Positions 13,151 through 26,647 of a DNA stretch of 64,000 bases are shown in pieces. This DNA comes from Podarcis gaigeae (lineage: Eukaryota). A model generated the notes under the pieces. That model worked only from the letters and a program-made list of their open reading frames with translations, searched no databases and had not been told where the DNA came from. How positions within the stretch are numbered: the first letter of the stretch is position 1; every line of letters begins with the position of its first letter. A program made the translations under genes and the position numbers. Where the stretch lies: the NCBI GenBank assembly GCA_964106915.2, contig OZ066919.1; one strand, 5' to 3'.

Positions 13151-13919
13151 AAACACATTTTGTTCCATATACTCTGCGTCAGGCCCAAGGCTCAGGATAG
13201 ACAAGTAAATACTTTAGTTATGTTGGTTCAAATTTCAATCCCCCAACTCAAAAGGACATCAGTCATTCTGCAGCAGTAGATTTCTTGCATCATTAGGAGT
13301 CTGGACTAGAAGATCTTTGAAGTCCCTGTCAACTCTGTGGGTGGGATTCACCTAAACAGCCCCAGAAGTCAAAGCCTACTCAAGGACTTTTGTTCATGCA
13401 ACAGGGTTTCCCCATATTATGTGATCCAAAATTGCCTGGGGGAACATGTTCAAGAGAGGGGCAAGCTGCAATGCTTGCAGAAACAGAACAATAAATTCCA
13501 CATTATGATTCTGTCTGGAAAAACTAGATGCTTTCCTACTGTTTAGTTTCCCCCTCCTGCACAATTTTTCTTTCCTTTTTAAAAAATTCACCAAGCTGCC
13601 CCCACCATTAAGCCTCAAAAGCTCTTCCAGATACAGATGGCACTTGGCACAAGTTGTGAAAATATATCAGACCACTAAAATAATAGTTGCTGTGTATTTT
13701 TTATCTAGCCTGCCATAGGTGCTGTGCACTCAATGCAGACACATCCAGAGATAGGGCGTAACAGAGCTTTGTTCCCCTGAATGAGAAGACCAGGATATAA
13801 TAGGAACTAGACAGCTTCTGTACACTTCCATAACCGGACTTAGCTTTCCACCAAATCCCTTGGTCAAGGCAGCAAGATAAGGGGAGTGGGTGCATGTGTA
13901 GAACCTAGAGAGGAAGCCA

Positions 13920-14174
13920 CAGTGGTGGCTGGTGCCAGTTGGGAGTGGTGGGGGAGAAAGTAGGGAGGCAAATGGTGGGTGGAGGCAAAGGCAGAGACAG
14001 CAAATTCTAGTTTTGTCCTCCTCCTCCCTGCTTAGTTCTACAAAGGCAAAACTGAGACTAAGGAGGAAGAAACCATTGACCAGGGCCATCCCCTGGGGGA
14101 GGTGGATTTGGCTGAACACAGACTGAAGTTGGGGGGGCAGTGCCCCATTTACCCTAATGAATCAGCCTCCACTG
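13920..14174. mobile_element. Non-autonomous DNA transposon (MITE)
   Basis: Imperfect TIRs cagtggtggctggtgc / gaatcagcctccactg. Confidence 0.45.
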
Positions 14175-16216
14175 TCCTCCCATTCTCTCCCCCCCCCCAG
14201 TAAGTAGATGTCTGACATGCTAAGTACCCATACAGTACATCTGGAAGGAAAGATAGGATTTGTTATGCCACCCTACCCCTCATTTTGGGGTAGATCTGGA
14301 AATGTAAGAAGCTGTTGTGGATGCCACAAAATAACCAATTCACAGAATTAAAACTGGTGATGTTCAGAACCCCCCCCAAACAGGGGCCCTCACCCCAATA
14401 AAGTAGACAAAAAAGCAAGCAACCGCCCCTCCCAGCCCCCCAAAAGGTACACTTTGAACTGAACAACCACCCACACCCAAAAATCCATTAAAAATAACTG
14501 GGAGGGAAAGGGGACCTTAGTGGGCACAGAATTCTTCTGTGATTGAGCATGACACCTGCAGTAGACTATATTTAGCCTTGTAGCTTACTAGATCAGAAAT
14601 GGGAAATAGATAAGACAATTTAGACATTTACAGAGACTTCAGTATTAATCAAAAGGCACGATTTTGCCCTATTATGATTATACCAATATCAACTGGGTGG
14701 CTGGGGAAACCCAGCCAGATGGGCGGGGTATAAAAAAATAAAAAATTACTTGTTTGTGTACAGTTGTAGACTGATTTTTGGTCTCTCTAAAATCCTCAGA
14801 TTTCTTCACAGTGGGATGCTTTGTATCATCTTTTTTAGGAATTAACTGACCGCCATTTTTAATAAAAGTGTGTGTATGCATATGCATGTTGAACAAAATG
14901 GAACATCTCATTACAGTTAATCTATATGAAACCCCAGCTTTTGAGTTGCATCCAGAATCTGCATCTTAGGAGATGACAGGCAGTCCTCCTATATTTATCA
15001 AAGCATGGTAAGTAAGACATTTAAAGGCAATGGCGAACATTTCAGATTTTGAGATAATGAAGCTTATTATAAATATGTACTGATGTACAGTGCAAAGATA
15101 TGATCCCATGACATTCCTGCCCCCACCCACAAGCTCAATTCTCATTCAGAATTAATTTCCTTGGTTGAAAGAGATATTGTTTTTCTAACTCTTATGTGGC
15201 CATTTATGTACTGTACTACAATGAGGCAGAACACTAGAAGAAATTTACGATGAGAAATACTGTTACAATATGTTGAGAGAACTAGCTTAGCCGCTAGGGG
15301 ATCCCTATGCCATGTATGGTAGAAACCTCTGAGGTTCAGAGCCCTCCACACACTATGACTTAATCCTATGATACTTATGAAGCAAAGGTTGTATTTCTCC
15401 TAGCTTAATTACTCTGAACATAAGATGATGAACTGAACTCCTTTGCCTTCAAGGGAAGAAATGTCTGGTGAACTCACATGACCTAGTGTTTTTTCTAGAA
15501 ACACAATCATTCCTATCACCTTGTGTTGGATAAATGGTCTTGTGGTGTGTGCAGGCCAATTTGTTTCCCAATGTTTCACAAAATCAAAACTTCTCACTAC
15601 ACTTTGTCCCCAAAATGTTGAACCATGCACAAGGGTTGTGGTGCACATGGACATCCGAAGTGAATGGAAATTAAGTTCATGGTAGAAAATTAAATGGGCA
15701 CTCAAAGTCCATTTAAGACAAATAGATTTGAGATAAATAGATGTCGAAAAGAATGAAAGGAAACCCCAGAACACCTGCAATGTATAAGGTATTCTTCACA
15801 TTCATACTGAAAAGGATGAGGAGCATCTGCCCAGCAATCAAAGACATGTTCAATGAAAACTGAACAAGATACATGTTACACAATGGAAACAGAATGTATG
15901 AACAATTGCTTTATCTGAGATACTAAGAGGGTACATGTCCTGAATAATGCATTTTTCTAAAACACTCAAATAAACATCCTGATGATTGGCGCCCACTGAC
16001 GATGCATTAGTCTTCTGTTAAGGGGGGAGGAGGGTGGGAATGGGGAAAAACCAATTGTTCTGTTGATGTCATGTTTATATTTTTGAAAACTAATACAAAT
16101 CTTTTAAAAAGAAAAAAGAAAGGTGGGCAAGATAGCAAGGTTACTGCTATTTTTTTTAGTTCAGCAGGCTACATATCTGAGGTACTCTTCAGGCAATACT
16201 TTGCTCTGCCACCATT

Positions 16217-16217
<1 letters not shown>

Positions 16218-16294
<77 letters not shown>
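16218..16294. repeat. Compound (CT)n(CA)n(GA)n microsatellite
   Basis: Visible directly. Confidence 0.95.
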
Positions 16295-16295
<1 letters not shown>

Positions 16296-18088
16296 ACAGA
16301 AAGATTAGAAGGAAACCTCAGGCTTGAATACTCTGTCCCTTACTCTCTTTACCACAAGATGAAAACACTCAAATTGAGAGCTCCCTGCATTATTTGAATC
16401 TGTTATCTTCTTTGATCCAGGAACTTTAAAACTCTCCTTAAAATATTGTTCATTGCCCCACATCCCACCTTGTACTGTTTATGATTTTGGGACAGCAATC
16501 ATATTGTGACAAGAGAGGGGGGGAGGGAGAGAGGATGCAATGAGACATAGCCACTGCAAATTGCTTCAGGACTGAAATGTGAAAATCTTAAGTGAAAGGC
16601 ATAAACCTGGCCTAATCCATGGAGAATAATGGAACCAGATGGCTTCTGAAGCAGCCTTTCATACGGAGTTTGTTTGCAAGCCATACAAAGTGCATAATGT
16701 TAGGTATATTATACTTATCATATTATATTTCCATCATTATTTATTTTATATAACAATTTTTATTTTCATAAAAATAAAATAGAAATATTGATACAGATAA
16801 TATCTGTCCAGAAAGAAGGTTACAACCATAAAATTCATGATACAACATTTAGGATTTCTTGGCAAATTCTTTCATTCCAGTACAAGAAGGATCTTCAACT
16901 GTCCATGACTGTAGGTTGTATAATTTCACAAAGTCTTTTAACACAAGTAATTTTTTTTATCATCACCAAGGTCTGCTGGGCACTTCAGAGCCCATTGTCC
17001 AAAGTCAGCAAGTTTGATTTCTTCAAACATTTTCCATAATTTTTGATGCTCTTTTAAACACCAGCTGCTGAAATACCAATAAACTAGTTTCTATACCTCT
17101 TTCCCAGCTGCAAATACCACTGTGTGGTATCTTGAAAACTCTAAGTAAAGGCACTAATGGAGGCACATATTTTCATATAGTATTGTAGTCATTTTGCGAC
17201 CAAGAGTAAATAGCAAAAGGGGCTTAACTAAACAAAATAAAATTAAGATCAGTAGCAAACGAAAGCAAAGAAAGGCTCCACTTTTTGGAAGTATGAATAC
17301 AGTACGAGAATGTGCTGTGTGGCCTTGCAGTCTGGGGTTCAGTGTCTGCACTGTGCATAGTAGCTGAGAGGAAAGGGGTTGTTCTGATGAAGATGCAACC
17401 AAGCGGGTTATTTTCACATTCTTCTTTTCAGGTAAAATAGTGGGGCAAGCTGCTCCACCACTACAACTCCCCCCCCCCCCCGCCACCAATCTAATGACAG
17501 GAGCTGCTCTGGCTGAATTGTTTGCAGATGTGGGCTTCAGACTAAATGCGCAGCCAGGCCCCCTGTGCACTGGGCAGGAGAGAAAGGAAGGCTTCAAGTT
17601 TCCCCCACTTGTTGCTGCTGCCCTGAAATTAACCCATGCTGCAGCTTCCTAAGTTCAGCTGCTACTGACCTTGTCTCTGAAGCAAAGTCGCTCAAGACAT
17701 GTGGAAAAATGAGAAGAATGTCAGCGATGAATTCAGGCTATGTGTCTGCTGTGCAGCTTTCGCCAGCAGATTACGGTAATTACCATAACACCCTTATGGA
17801 CAGTTTCATGGGCATTATCCTTTGGTATAATGAAGTGCAGTCATGCAATGTGCTTTCTGAATCTTCGGGGCCTGCAGGTTTAGGGTGGGGAAAATCTGTT
17901 GCACTCAGGACTGTGAACCTCACCAATCTTGCCTCTGCTCAGTATGTGACTCACAATCGGGATAAGTTCTGGGGCCAGCATTTGAAACGGGGAAACGATA
18001 GCATTGTCGAAATATGCAATTTACTAGTCAGACTACAATCTAGCGCTATATACCCCCTTCACTCGTTACCCATTATCTCCTACCGTAC

Positions 18089-18313
18089 CAGTAATCCTCA
18101 GTGCTTCCACCCCTGGTGTATATAGGGCCCTCCAGCTCTCTTGGTCCTGGGAAGACATTCTCGTGTTGTATGATTATAGTTTTGATGAGCTCATTGACAT
18201 GGGCTTGGCAGGAGACCTGATCATGGCCTTCAGGCACTGACATCAGCGTGGGCCCAAAGCAGATGGCTAAATTGTAGGGGTCCATCATGTTGTCTTCACT
18301 GAACTGAGATAAA
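18089..18313 (-). CDS. SRGAP2: SRGAP2 coding exon 17, 225 nt, phase 2-2; end of RhoGAP
   Basis: (H)LSQFSEDNMMDPYNLAICFGPTLMSVPEGHDQVSCQAHVNELIKTIIIQHENVFPGPRELEGPIYTRGGSTEDY(C); acceptor cttctgcag|, weak donor CTG|gtacgg. Confidence 0.98.
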
Positions 18314-19399
18314 CTGCAGAAGACAGGAAGGAATGAGAGGAAGAGGGTGAATTAGGAGCAATGATACCTACAGTACAGAGCGAATTGTTAAAATGGAGGG
18401 AGGTTAGCTCTGCTTGCTCGGATTTTAAAACTTGATCTCATGTGGCAAGAATGTCTTGAGGCTACTTAGGGAAAAAGGACCACCACCCTCAACAGTAATG
18501 GTATTTACCAAAAGAACGGCGAGTTTTTCTGGCTGTACCGCTTTGGATCAAATTCAGTTTTGTTTGCATAGATGGTGCTTCTCTGAACATTTGCACTGAA
18601 TGCATATTCAGAGCACTTCCCTGCTGACTAGCGCATTGATTTCTTTATTAAGCAGCCAGCCTCTTTTCCATTTTCTGAACATCCCTTCAATTAACACGTA
18701 GGGCATTTGTTAAAAGCGTGTGTGCATGTGTTGGGAAGAGTCATCATCATCTAGCTCCCTTTTAAGGAGGCTTATTCTCCGTGCCGATTGAATGCTGTTG
18801 CCAGGGATTTATTTCTTGGCATGTCGTTCAGTGCACCCTGCCTGGATAGCAGCTGCAGAAGCAACACCTCCTATCCAGCCAAGAAACAGATGAAAGTGTG
18901 ACTGAGCCACGGTGCCGCATGGTTCACAGCACAAGGCTGCAAAGAACCTGGCAACCAGCACACCCCTCTGGCTTTTTCCATTTGCACCCTTCCTCACAGC
19001 CAACATTTATCTCTCTTTCAGCTGCCCAAGAACTGCTGAGAATGCTAAAATGCCATGCCAACATTCAAAATGGAATGTCAGTCATGGGTATTTTGAGCAT
19101 CTGTCAGTGTAACGCAGTGAAAATGTTTGAAGTTAAACAAGGCTCAGAGGGACAACTTTGCTTTGAAAGGTTGGGGGATCTCACAAACCCCACCTTACTG
19201 TGGCTGCCTGGGGTATTATGTTTGCCACTGCCAAGAGCATGCAATTCAAGTGCTGCTGTTTAACCCCTGTAACCCACCAAAAGGCAAAAGAAAAGGCCTC
19301 TCTGCCCCACACTTACGTCATTTAAACAATTTATATGCCGCTTAGCTACAAGAGTCGTTTGCAAAGAATGCAACACGGAAAATAAAAACCAGTTAAAAT

Positions 19400-19865
19400 T
19401 AAACTTCAATTTAAATGGCTGCTGGAACAACAAAATAGGCAGGGCCTCCCTAACCTCATCTGCAAGGGAGTTCCATGAAACTGGCCCTACAATACTAAAC
19501 GATATAGCTTCTGGTGGATATGAGCTGGGCATCTGAGCCATGACTCCACAATGATCAGGCAGGGACAAAAGAGATTAGGCAATTCTTGAGGTACCCTGGG
19601 CTCCGATTGTTAAAGGCCTTGTAAATTAATAAAAAAAAATTTAATTTTTTGGCCTGGTAGTGTATGGGCAACCAATGCAGACTTCTGAGCACTGAAATTG
19701 CGTGTTTGCGATAGTTTGTCCCCATTGACAATTTAGCTGCAGCATTTTTCACCAGCTAGAGCCTCTGGACTAGGCCCAAGAGTAACCTCACGTAGAACAC
19801 AATAATCAAGTCTTGCCACTGCATTGATCACTGTAGCCAGACTATCCTTGTCCAATGAAAGCTGT
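19400..19865 (-). mobile_element. L2 LINE 3' fragment
   Basis: ORF NAAAKL..HAISVLRSLHWLPIHYQ..LLIYKAFNNRSPGYLK matches the conserved L2 C-terminal motif; then FSIVGPVSWNSL. Confidence 0.8.
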
Positions 19866-20404
19866 ATGCAGTTCTCTTTCCACCAAGGCCCATCAAAACT
19901 CTTTTACAAGCATTCATCTGAACATGTGAGGCTTAAAAAATGTGTAGAACGGTGCGGGACACATATGCAAACTAAGATCCCCAAGAACTCGGGCTCCTCC
20001 AAGACCTTTGTGTGTTTGGCTGAACATGCATAGGAACCTTGTCACGATAAGGAACCCTGCCTTATTACTGCTCTTCACTGGGCAAAGGCTTCTAAGCATG
20101 ATCATCCAAATCGCACATGGACATCTGTGCTGAATGCACAAAGGTTGGAAAGGAATCCACATGCAGGGCTGGGGACACAGGGTGGGGCTTGCAGGCATGA
20201 CTACATCCTCTACACAATTTTAACTGTCACATGTTCAAGCAAATGCCGAAAGGAGGCTGGAGTCTCAGTTTCCTTTGCAAGCATTTAATTAAGTTTCTGG
20301 AAATAAGGTTTTAAGTGGGGGAAAGAGTTATAGAATAAAGCTTGATTTTTAACCAGATATGTTATCACATACTTCATTCCTTCCAACATATCTTACTGAT
20401 AAAA

Positions 20405-20766
20405 AATGTAAAGGACCGCTGACAGTTAAGTCAAGTCGCGGATGACTCTGGGGTTGCGGTGCTCATCTTGCTCTATAGCCCGAGGGAGCCGGCGTTTGCC
20501 CACAGACAGTTTTTCCAGGTCATGTGGCCAACATGACTAAGCCGCTTCTGGCAAAACCAGAGCAGCTCACGGAAACACCGTTTACCTTCCCGCTGAGGCG
20601 GTACCTATTTATCTACTTGCACTTTTTGATGTGCTTTTGAACTGCTAGGTGGGCAGGAGCTGGGACCAAACAATGGAAGCTCACCCTGTTGTGGGGATTC
20701 AAACCACCGACCTTCCGATCAGCAAGCCCAAGGCTCAGTGGTTTACACCACAGCGCCTCCTGCATC
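20405..20766 (-). mobile_element. Sauria SINE (Squam1), near full length
   Basis: Minus-strand head GGCGCTGTGGTGTAAACCACTGAGCCTTGGGCTTGCTGATCGGAAGGTCGGTGGTTTGAATCCC; core aagtagataaataggtaccgc; cagagtcat..cgact..cctttac tail. Confidence 0.9.
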
Positions 20767-21904
20767 ATATTTAGAGCAAGCTAAATATGAACTCTGCTAT
20801 ATGAACAAAATATGAACTCTGCTAGCTAGCAACATCCAGTGGCTGGCACCTGCTTTTTTAGCCCCTCATGTTCATACACGGGATTCTCAAAACCAAACTC
20901 CTTCCCTCCAATGTTGGGATTGTCCCCTGTTTAGAACCCCTCCAAAGCTATATATTTGCCAAATTAAAATGCAAAGTGAGAAGAGTGAGTGTCCTCCGTG
21001 GCAATACAGTTTTCTAAACGGTCAGGTTTGTGTGATTAAATCTTAAAAGCAAATTGCATCAGTTTGGGCATTTCAGGGCACCAAGTTAATGGTTAAGCAC
21101 AAAACAGGGTTATTTGATGCCTGGACAATTCTTCTTGAAACAAACACAGTTTTCCAGTCCAGTTCTTTGAATAATGAGACACTATTAAGGGCGGAAGCAG
21201 CCATTCACTTCAGTGACTTAGAAGCGGCATCTGAGGGAAGGGAATCCCAAGGCATGGAAGAATTTCCTAACACTGCTGTGGAAAGTTCTGTTCCTGAGCT
21301 GCAGGAAGTGGGGTCTTTCCTATCTAACAGTATCTGGAGGGGTGGCAGGACAATGACACACTGTGTGGGGATATGGTTTTGAATTTTCCAGGCCGCAATC
21401 AAGACCTCATTGTTTTCCAGAGCAATACTACAGGAAGTCTCAAGACAGGCCTTATTTCATCCGAACAAAAATTCTCCAGTACCCTGAAATGATGGCTGTC
21501 CCTAAAAGGTAGCTCTTTTAGCAAGATTTCCCCTTAGAAACAGGAACAGCAATACTGGTCATGGTGATTTTTGCCAACAGAATGCTACCTGAACAAGAAA
21601 AAAAAGCCCACAGGTTGGCAGTAAAAATACAAGTGACATTCAGAGATGAGCTCAAGCACAGGCTCCAACTAAAAAGAAACAAATGCTTTACACTTAAGTG
21701 ATCAGGAACTCAGTTCTGTGCAGAATCTGAATGACTGGGAGAGCCTCTTTCTTGCAGGTCTCATGGAAGCCTTCACACAAAGGGTGGAGAGTCATCTCTT
21801 GAGGCTTCTGGACTCCTTGAACCAAGCAAGGCCCATCAACTTTATGATTCTTACTTGGCAAATCAACACTACAGACCTATCTGTTGTGCTTGAGGAATAC
21901 TTAC

Positions 21905-22010
21905 TGATTGAGGAATGCAAAGAGGTATCTCATTACAATCAAAGTGGTTTTAGGCAAAGTCAGGAGGACTTTCCGGATGTGTAGAGCTCTCTCCTGCAAA
22001 TTGTCCATTG
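21905..22010 (-). CDS. SRGAP2: SRGAP2 coding exon 16, 106 nt, phase 1-2; RhoGAP
   Basis: (T)MDNLQERALHIRKVLLTLPKTTLIVMRYLFAFLN(H); acceptor ttcctcccag|, donor TCA|gtaagt. Confidence 0.98.
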
Positions 22011-24080
22011 CTGGGAGGAAGGAGAAAAAAGAGAAGCAGCTGCTGTTTAATCACACAATAAGTGGCATTGCAATATCTATGGAAACTTTACATTGCTACT
22101 TTTGAGTACTGTTTCATATTTATATGGGTGCAGGAAAAATCCAATGCATGAAGACTGTGCCAGAGTCTATTTTATCACATGGGAAGTGAGAACTTACTGC
22201 CACCTGTAGCCCCTCAAGATGACACATGAAGTAAAACAGAAACGTGACTTCAGTGTCATTTGTGAAATGACCCTTAATTTGGGGTGGGATGGGGGGGGGA
22301 AAGGCAACAAAAGCAACTTGGAAGGAAAGGGTCTGAGCAGTTCTTGAAAACATTCATGAAGCCCTGCACAGAAGATGACAGAGGCATGATTTCCTATCTG
22401 TTATGAAAAAGGTCCTTCAAAGCAGATGAGAAATTTATCTTCAAGGTCCATGCAGTGCGGGTGAATTGAGTGTTGTATGTTGCACAAGCCGCAACACAAT
22501 AGCCCATTAAAGTTAGCTCTGTAAAGTGGGTGTCTTAAGCGAAACCTTTGGCACAGTATTCCACAGATAGATTAACATAACTGGAGGGTGAGGTAAAGAG
22601 CTCTGTCTGCAGCAGTCTAATGGGAAAAAGTGGGCAGCATATATCCTTGGCTCTGGAAGCCCAGAATTATTTGGCAACAGACTGCTCTTTTCATCTAACA
22701 GGAGTAAAACTGTGTAGACTAATTTGCAGGGAGAATGAAACCACAGATCCTTTTAAAAGGAGCTCTCCTACATGCTACTTCAAAGGCTGCTTCCATCACT
22801 GACATTCTTACACTCGGACAATGGATTCATTGTTTGCTCTCTGAATGAGTCAGGGGGAGTTCATTGCAAACTTGAAGTCATAAGAACATTAAAAAGCACC
22901 CTTGAAATGATAAAGTTGTACGTTAACAGCTTAACTAGTTGAAAGTCATTTTCTATGTTCTGTACAGAAACACCATAAGGAATTGACTCTTATGGTTATG
23001 GAAGGTACCCGGCCAAAAAAAGACACAGCTGCTGGGTTTCTAAATATACATACAGCCCAAGACACATTGCAACTACTGTGTCTTCAAACAGGATAGACAG
23101 CACGTTCTCCCCCCCCCCCCGCCTTTTCTTTCTTTTTTTAAGGGTGAGTCAACTAGGAGACTTCCTGTACTGCTTGTCGGTCAGTTTCTCTTTAACATAG
23201 TATTTCCCTGATGTTTCATTAGTAGTTCTAATCTGTTAATTGCTATGGAATTCTGGGCTGAAAGGCAATATAGAAAACATTTTAAATGAATTAATACAAT
23301 AGACATATTGATGACTTAACTGTCAACAGGCCTTGGCTAATGAGAAGCAAACAGAAAGAGGTCCTCTTTCCAACTCTTGTTCTGCGTTTAATGTTGCCAC
23401 CTCAGCAACAAACTGGGGCATCAAATTATAGTGGGTTCTAATACAACCTTGTACAATTCCGGTTTCTTCCTCATTTTCCTTGAGATACTATCAAAGTATC
23501 AGGGAATGTTCTAAGAAGCCAGCAGCATGGTTTTAGAGAGATAGCTGAAGTCTTACAAGTGCTGGGGGGGGGGGTGTAAAGAGGGGAGATTTGTGTAGAC
23601 ACAGAGGATGGATAATGAGCAAGTTCCCACAGATATATAAAAAAGGCTGAACTATGTAAGATGTTATCATTAACTGACTTTTATGGGGGCAGAGGGCACA
23701 GAGAGAAAAATGTCAGAAGGTGCAAGAATCTTTATTATATGTATTATAGAAAATGTGCTTTGTGCCAGATATATTAAGAATTCTGTCTGAAGAAGAGCGC
23801 GTTCAATTTTTGTTGGGGTTAGATTTTGCATTGGTGAATGGCATTAACATTTTGATTATTGTTTTCATGCATTAAAATTGTCATTTTAACATATCTCCTG
23901 AAGAAAAACATTTCCACTTCAATGCACATTAGAATATGTGTTACCTTCTACGTTAAATATTTTTACACCTTTGTGGTTTGCTACTCATTCTGTCACTCGA
24001 CAGGGGCAGCTATCTCCTTGTGTTGTGTTTCTTTGCATGCCTTATCTTCAACTGACTCATTTCATCCTTGTGCTACTTAC

Positions 24081-24215
24081 TGACACAGGCAATCAGGTCA
24101 TGAAAGATTTCCTTGGGGAAGAGGGGATGCTCTAGCCCACGAAAGTAGAGCTTTAGTACACCTGCTATTGAGTCCATATCATGGTCATTTTGATCTCCAG
24201 CCAGTGGATCCTCCC
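24081..24215 (-). CDS. SRGAP2: SRGAP2 coding exon 15, 135 nt, phase 1-1; RhoGAP
   Basis: (G)EDPLAGDQNDHDMDSIAGVLKLYFRGLEHPLFPKEIFHDLIACV(T); acceptor aaccag|, donor TCA|gtaagt. Confidence 0.98.
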
Positions 24216-24520
24216 CTGGTTATCACAAAACAAGAATGACAAGAGAACAGACAGAAAAGGTGCATATTAACAAAATAAAATAAGTAGTAATCTATCAGAA
24301 GCTTGAACCTCACAGAAGGAGAAATAACAGGCAGGAGCCCAAGCGGCTCATAATATGTAACCTATAATGACTTCAAACCCCTCCCCTCCCCCCCCCCAAA
24401 TAGGTATCCAACAAAAGATTCTATGTAAGTACATTGGGTAAGCAACACCTCTCAGCAGCCCCAACTCCTATCCAAAGACAGACAACAAAAGGTTAACATA
24501 TGTACATGGGGCAACAGGAG

Positions 24521-24652
24521 ACAGCATGGCGCAGATAACACCAAGGTTGCAGGTTTGATCCCCGTATGCAATAGCTGCATATTCCTGCATTGCAGGGGGT
24601 TGGACTAGATGATCCTCAGGGTCCCTTCCAACTCTACAGTTCTATGATTCTA
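24521..24652 (+). mobile_element. POM/Squam2 SINE (tRNA head plus CR1-type tail), 5'-clipped
   Basis: gataacaccaaggttgcaggtttgatccccgtatg..gctgcatattcctgcattgcagggggttggactagatgatcctcagggtcccttccaactctacagttctatgattcta. Confidence 0.85.
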
Positions 24653-25887
24653 AGTTGCAACATGAAGGCCCTTCTGTCTTTCAGCAGAGCTGAGTTGCTG
24701 TGCTTCCAGTAAAGCCTTACATGCAACTGATGGAGAGCTTGATCACCAGCCTGCTCAGCTTCAAAGGCAGGTGGTGCTAGACTAGCAAAGCTAATGAAGT
24801 GCACAAGCACACAGGTCTCTGGTGTGACTCGTAATCTACTGGAGTTTATAGGTTTGGTTTTGGCCAAAGACAAAGGAAAGATTTGCACCGAAGCAGAAAG
24901 TCCCAAAGGAGAACTTGCTGTTGGACCTAATCAGATTTGATGATGGGGCAAGCCTTCTCTCTTGCTCTCACAGAGATATCCAGAGAGAAATAGTCAAGGA
25001 ACAGCTATTATCTTAACACCACAGAGTATAATAAATAGGCAACTATGAATTAGAGCATTATCCCCAATATTAACTGTCACCAAGGGCTCTTGATGAAGTA
25101 ATAAACTCACATACATTAAGGTTAACTTCATTAGTTTAGTACCTCACTGGATTTGAGGCCATGAGCGATGAAATGGGAAAAAATCAATGTTATGAATGCA
25201 AAGATACTAAAACAGTTATCTATTTTCTCTAAGCAGCCTTCCATAAATGCTCCATAAAGTGTGACCTTTTGCATCTGACATCCGCCCACCACAAAACAGA
25301 ATTCCACGAACCCTTATTGATCATCTCTTATTCTCAGGCAAAGGACAAATCCACAGCAATCTCCATAACCTCACGACTGATAAAGTTACACACATACGCA
25401 CTGTTAGCTAGAGGCCCTTTGACATGGGTTGGACATGCTGCTCTGCTTTTAATAGGCAGATAATTTGAAGGTAAAATATTGTGTGATATCAAGACCAGCC
25501 TTCCAAGCTGACTGGAGAATACAGGTGCCATGTTTTGGAAAGAAGAGAATGGTGACTTGAAAGCACCACTCTGTTTTAATGATAATGGGCTTAAGGTATA
25601 GTATATATGATTCTAAGGTAACTAAGGACAACTAAAGGCTCTGTTTTCTGCTTCCCCTTGCAGCCACCTGTGCCCTCCCAAACTCTTCAGCGTGTTGGGG
25701 GTCTACTTAAACAATCTGAGATGCAGTGTGTGGGAACCGCTGGGGGAAGTGGGAATTGCCTAAGATTGGGCAGACCTTTGAAGTCTTCATTTATGACTTC
25801 AGTCTCAACTCGCTTAAACTAATAACCCAGAAGCATGAAGACACATTGCAGAGAATTGTGCAATACAAAAAACCCAACTACTCTTAC

Positions 25888-25965
25888 CTCTCTCAAATGC
25901 ATTTTTTATATCATTCACCTCAACCTGAGATCCTGACACCCTGAATATCCCTTCATGCTGCAGCC
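25888..25965 (-). CDS. SRGAP2: SRGAP2 coding exon 14, 78 nt, phase 1-1; RhoGAP arginine finger
   Basis: (G)LQHEGIFRVSGSQVEVNDIKNAFER(G), with the GIFRVSG arginine-finger motif intact; acceptor ctttgcag|, donor GAG|gtaaga. Confidence 0.98.
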
Positions 25966-26647
25966 CTGCAAAGAAAATAAGAGAAATCCATGAAAACAGA
26001 AATACCTAAGGAAGTACACTTACAACATTCTTACAATCCTTCCTTCAGTCACTGAAATTCAGTTATCTGTCAAATTCAACAACATGATGATATAAGAACA
26101 CGCTAATCCAAATCGAGATGACATATCATTACCCGACCGTTAATCCAACTTGTTTGACAGCTAAAATTAATTAAAAGTGGCACACCAGCACTGGTGTAAT
26201 TAAATCCACAGCAATAAGTTGGCACAATTCATACGTTGCTAAAAAGTATTCGTTTAATTTTTTAAAATTCACTTTAGCATTTAGGAAGCCAATAAGACTG
26301 ATTTTAATGGCTTCTAAAAGACACACAGCACTGAGGAAGCATCCATGGTTCCTAGAACAACGGGGCTCTTAGGGTAGCAATTCTGGAATGAGACAGATTC
26401 TAGAGAGAGAAAGGAAGGGGGCGAGGAATGACATCAAGGCTTGCTAAACTTATCTTGGCCTGAAAGAGAAACAGATGGCGCACATTTGCACACAGATTGT
26501 GCTCTATTAGAAGCAATTCCAAGGAACTACTTTCAGGACGACAAATAACATGTTTGACTCTTATAGATGGTGGTGCCTTCATGGGACATTTCCCGCTCCC
26601 AGAAGTTTGAAGTAATCACTGTACTTTAGAGTGTACTAAGGCATTTA

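Noticed and set aside
16997-17030. Kinase-like IKLADFG motif
   Set aside because: No upstream HRDxxxxN catalytic loop and no other kinase subdomains; treated as coincidence.
17565-18125. 186-aa plus-strand ORF
   Set aside because: Non-ATG start, no recognisable domain, and antisense to SRGAP2 exon 17 and its intron; no support for a nested gene.
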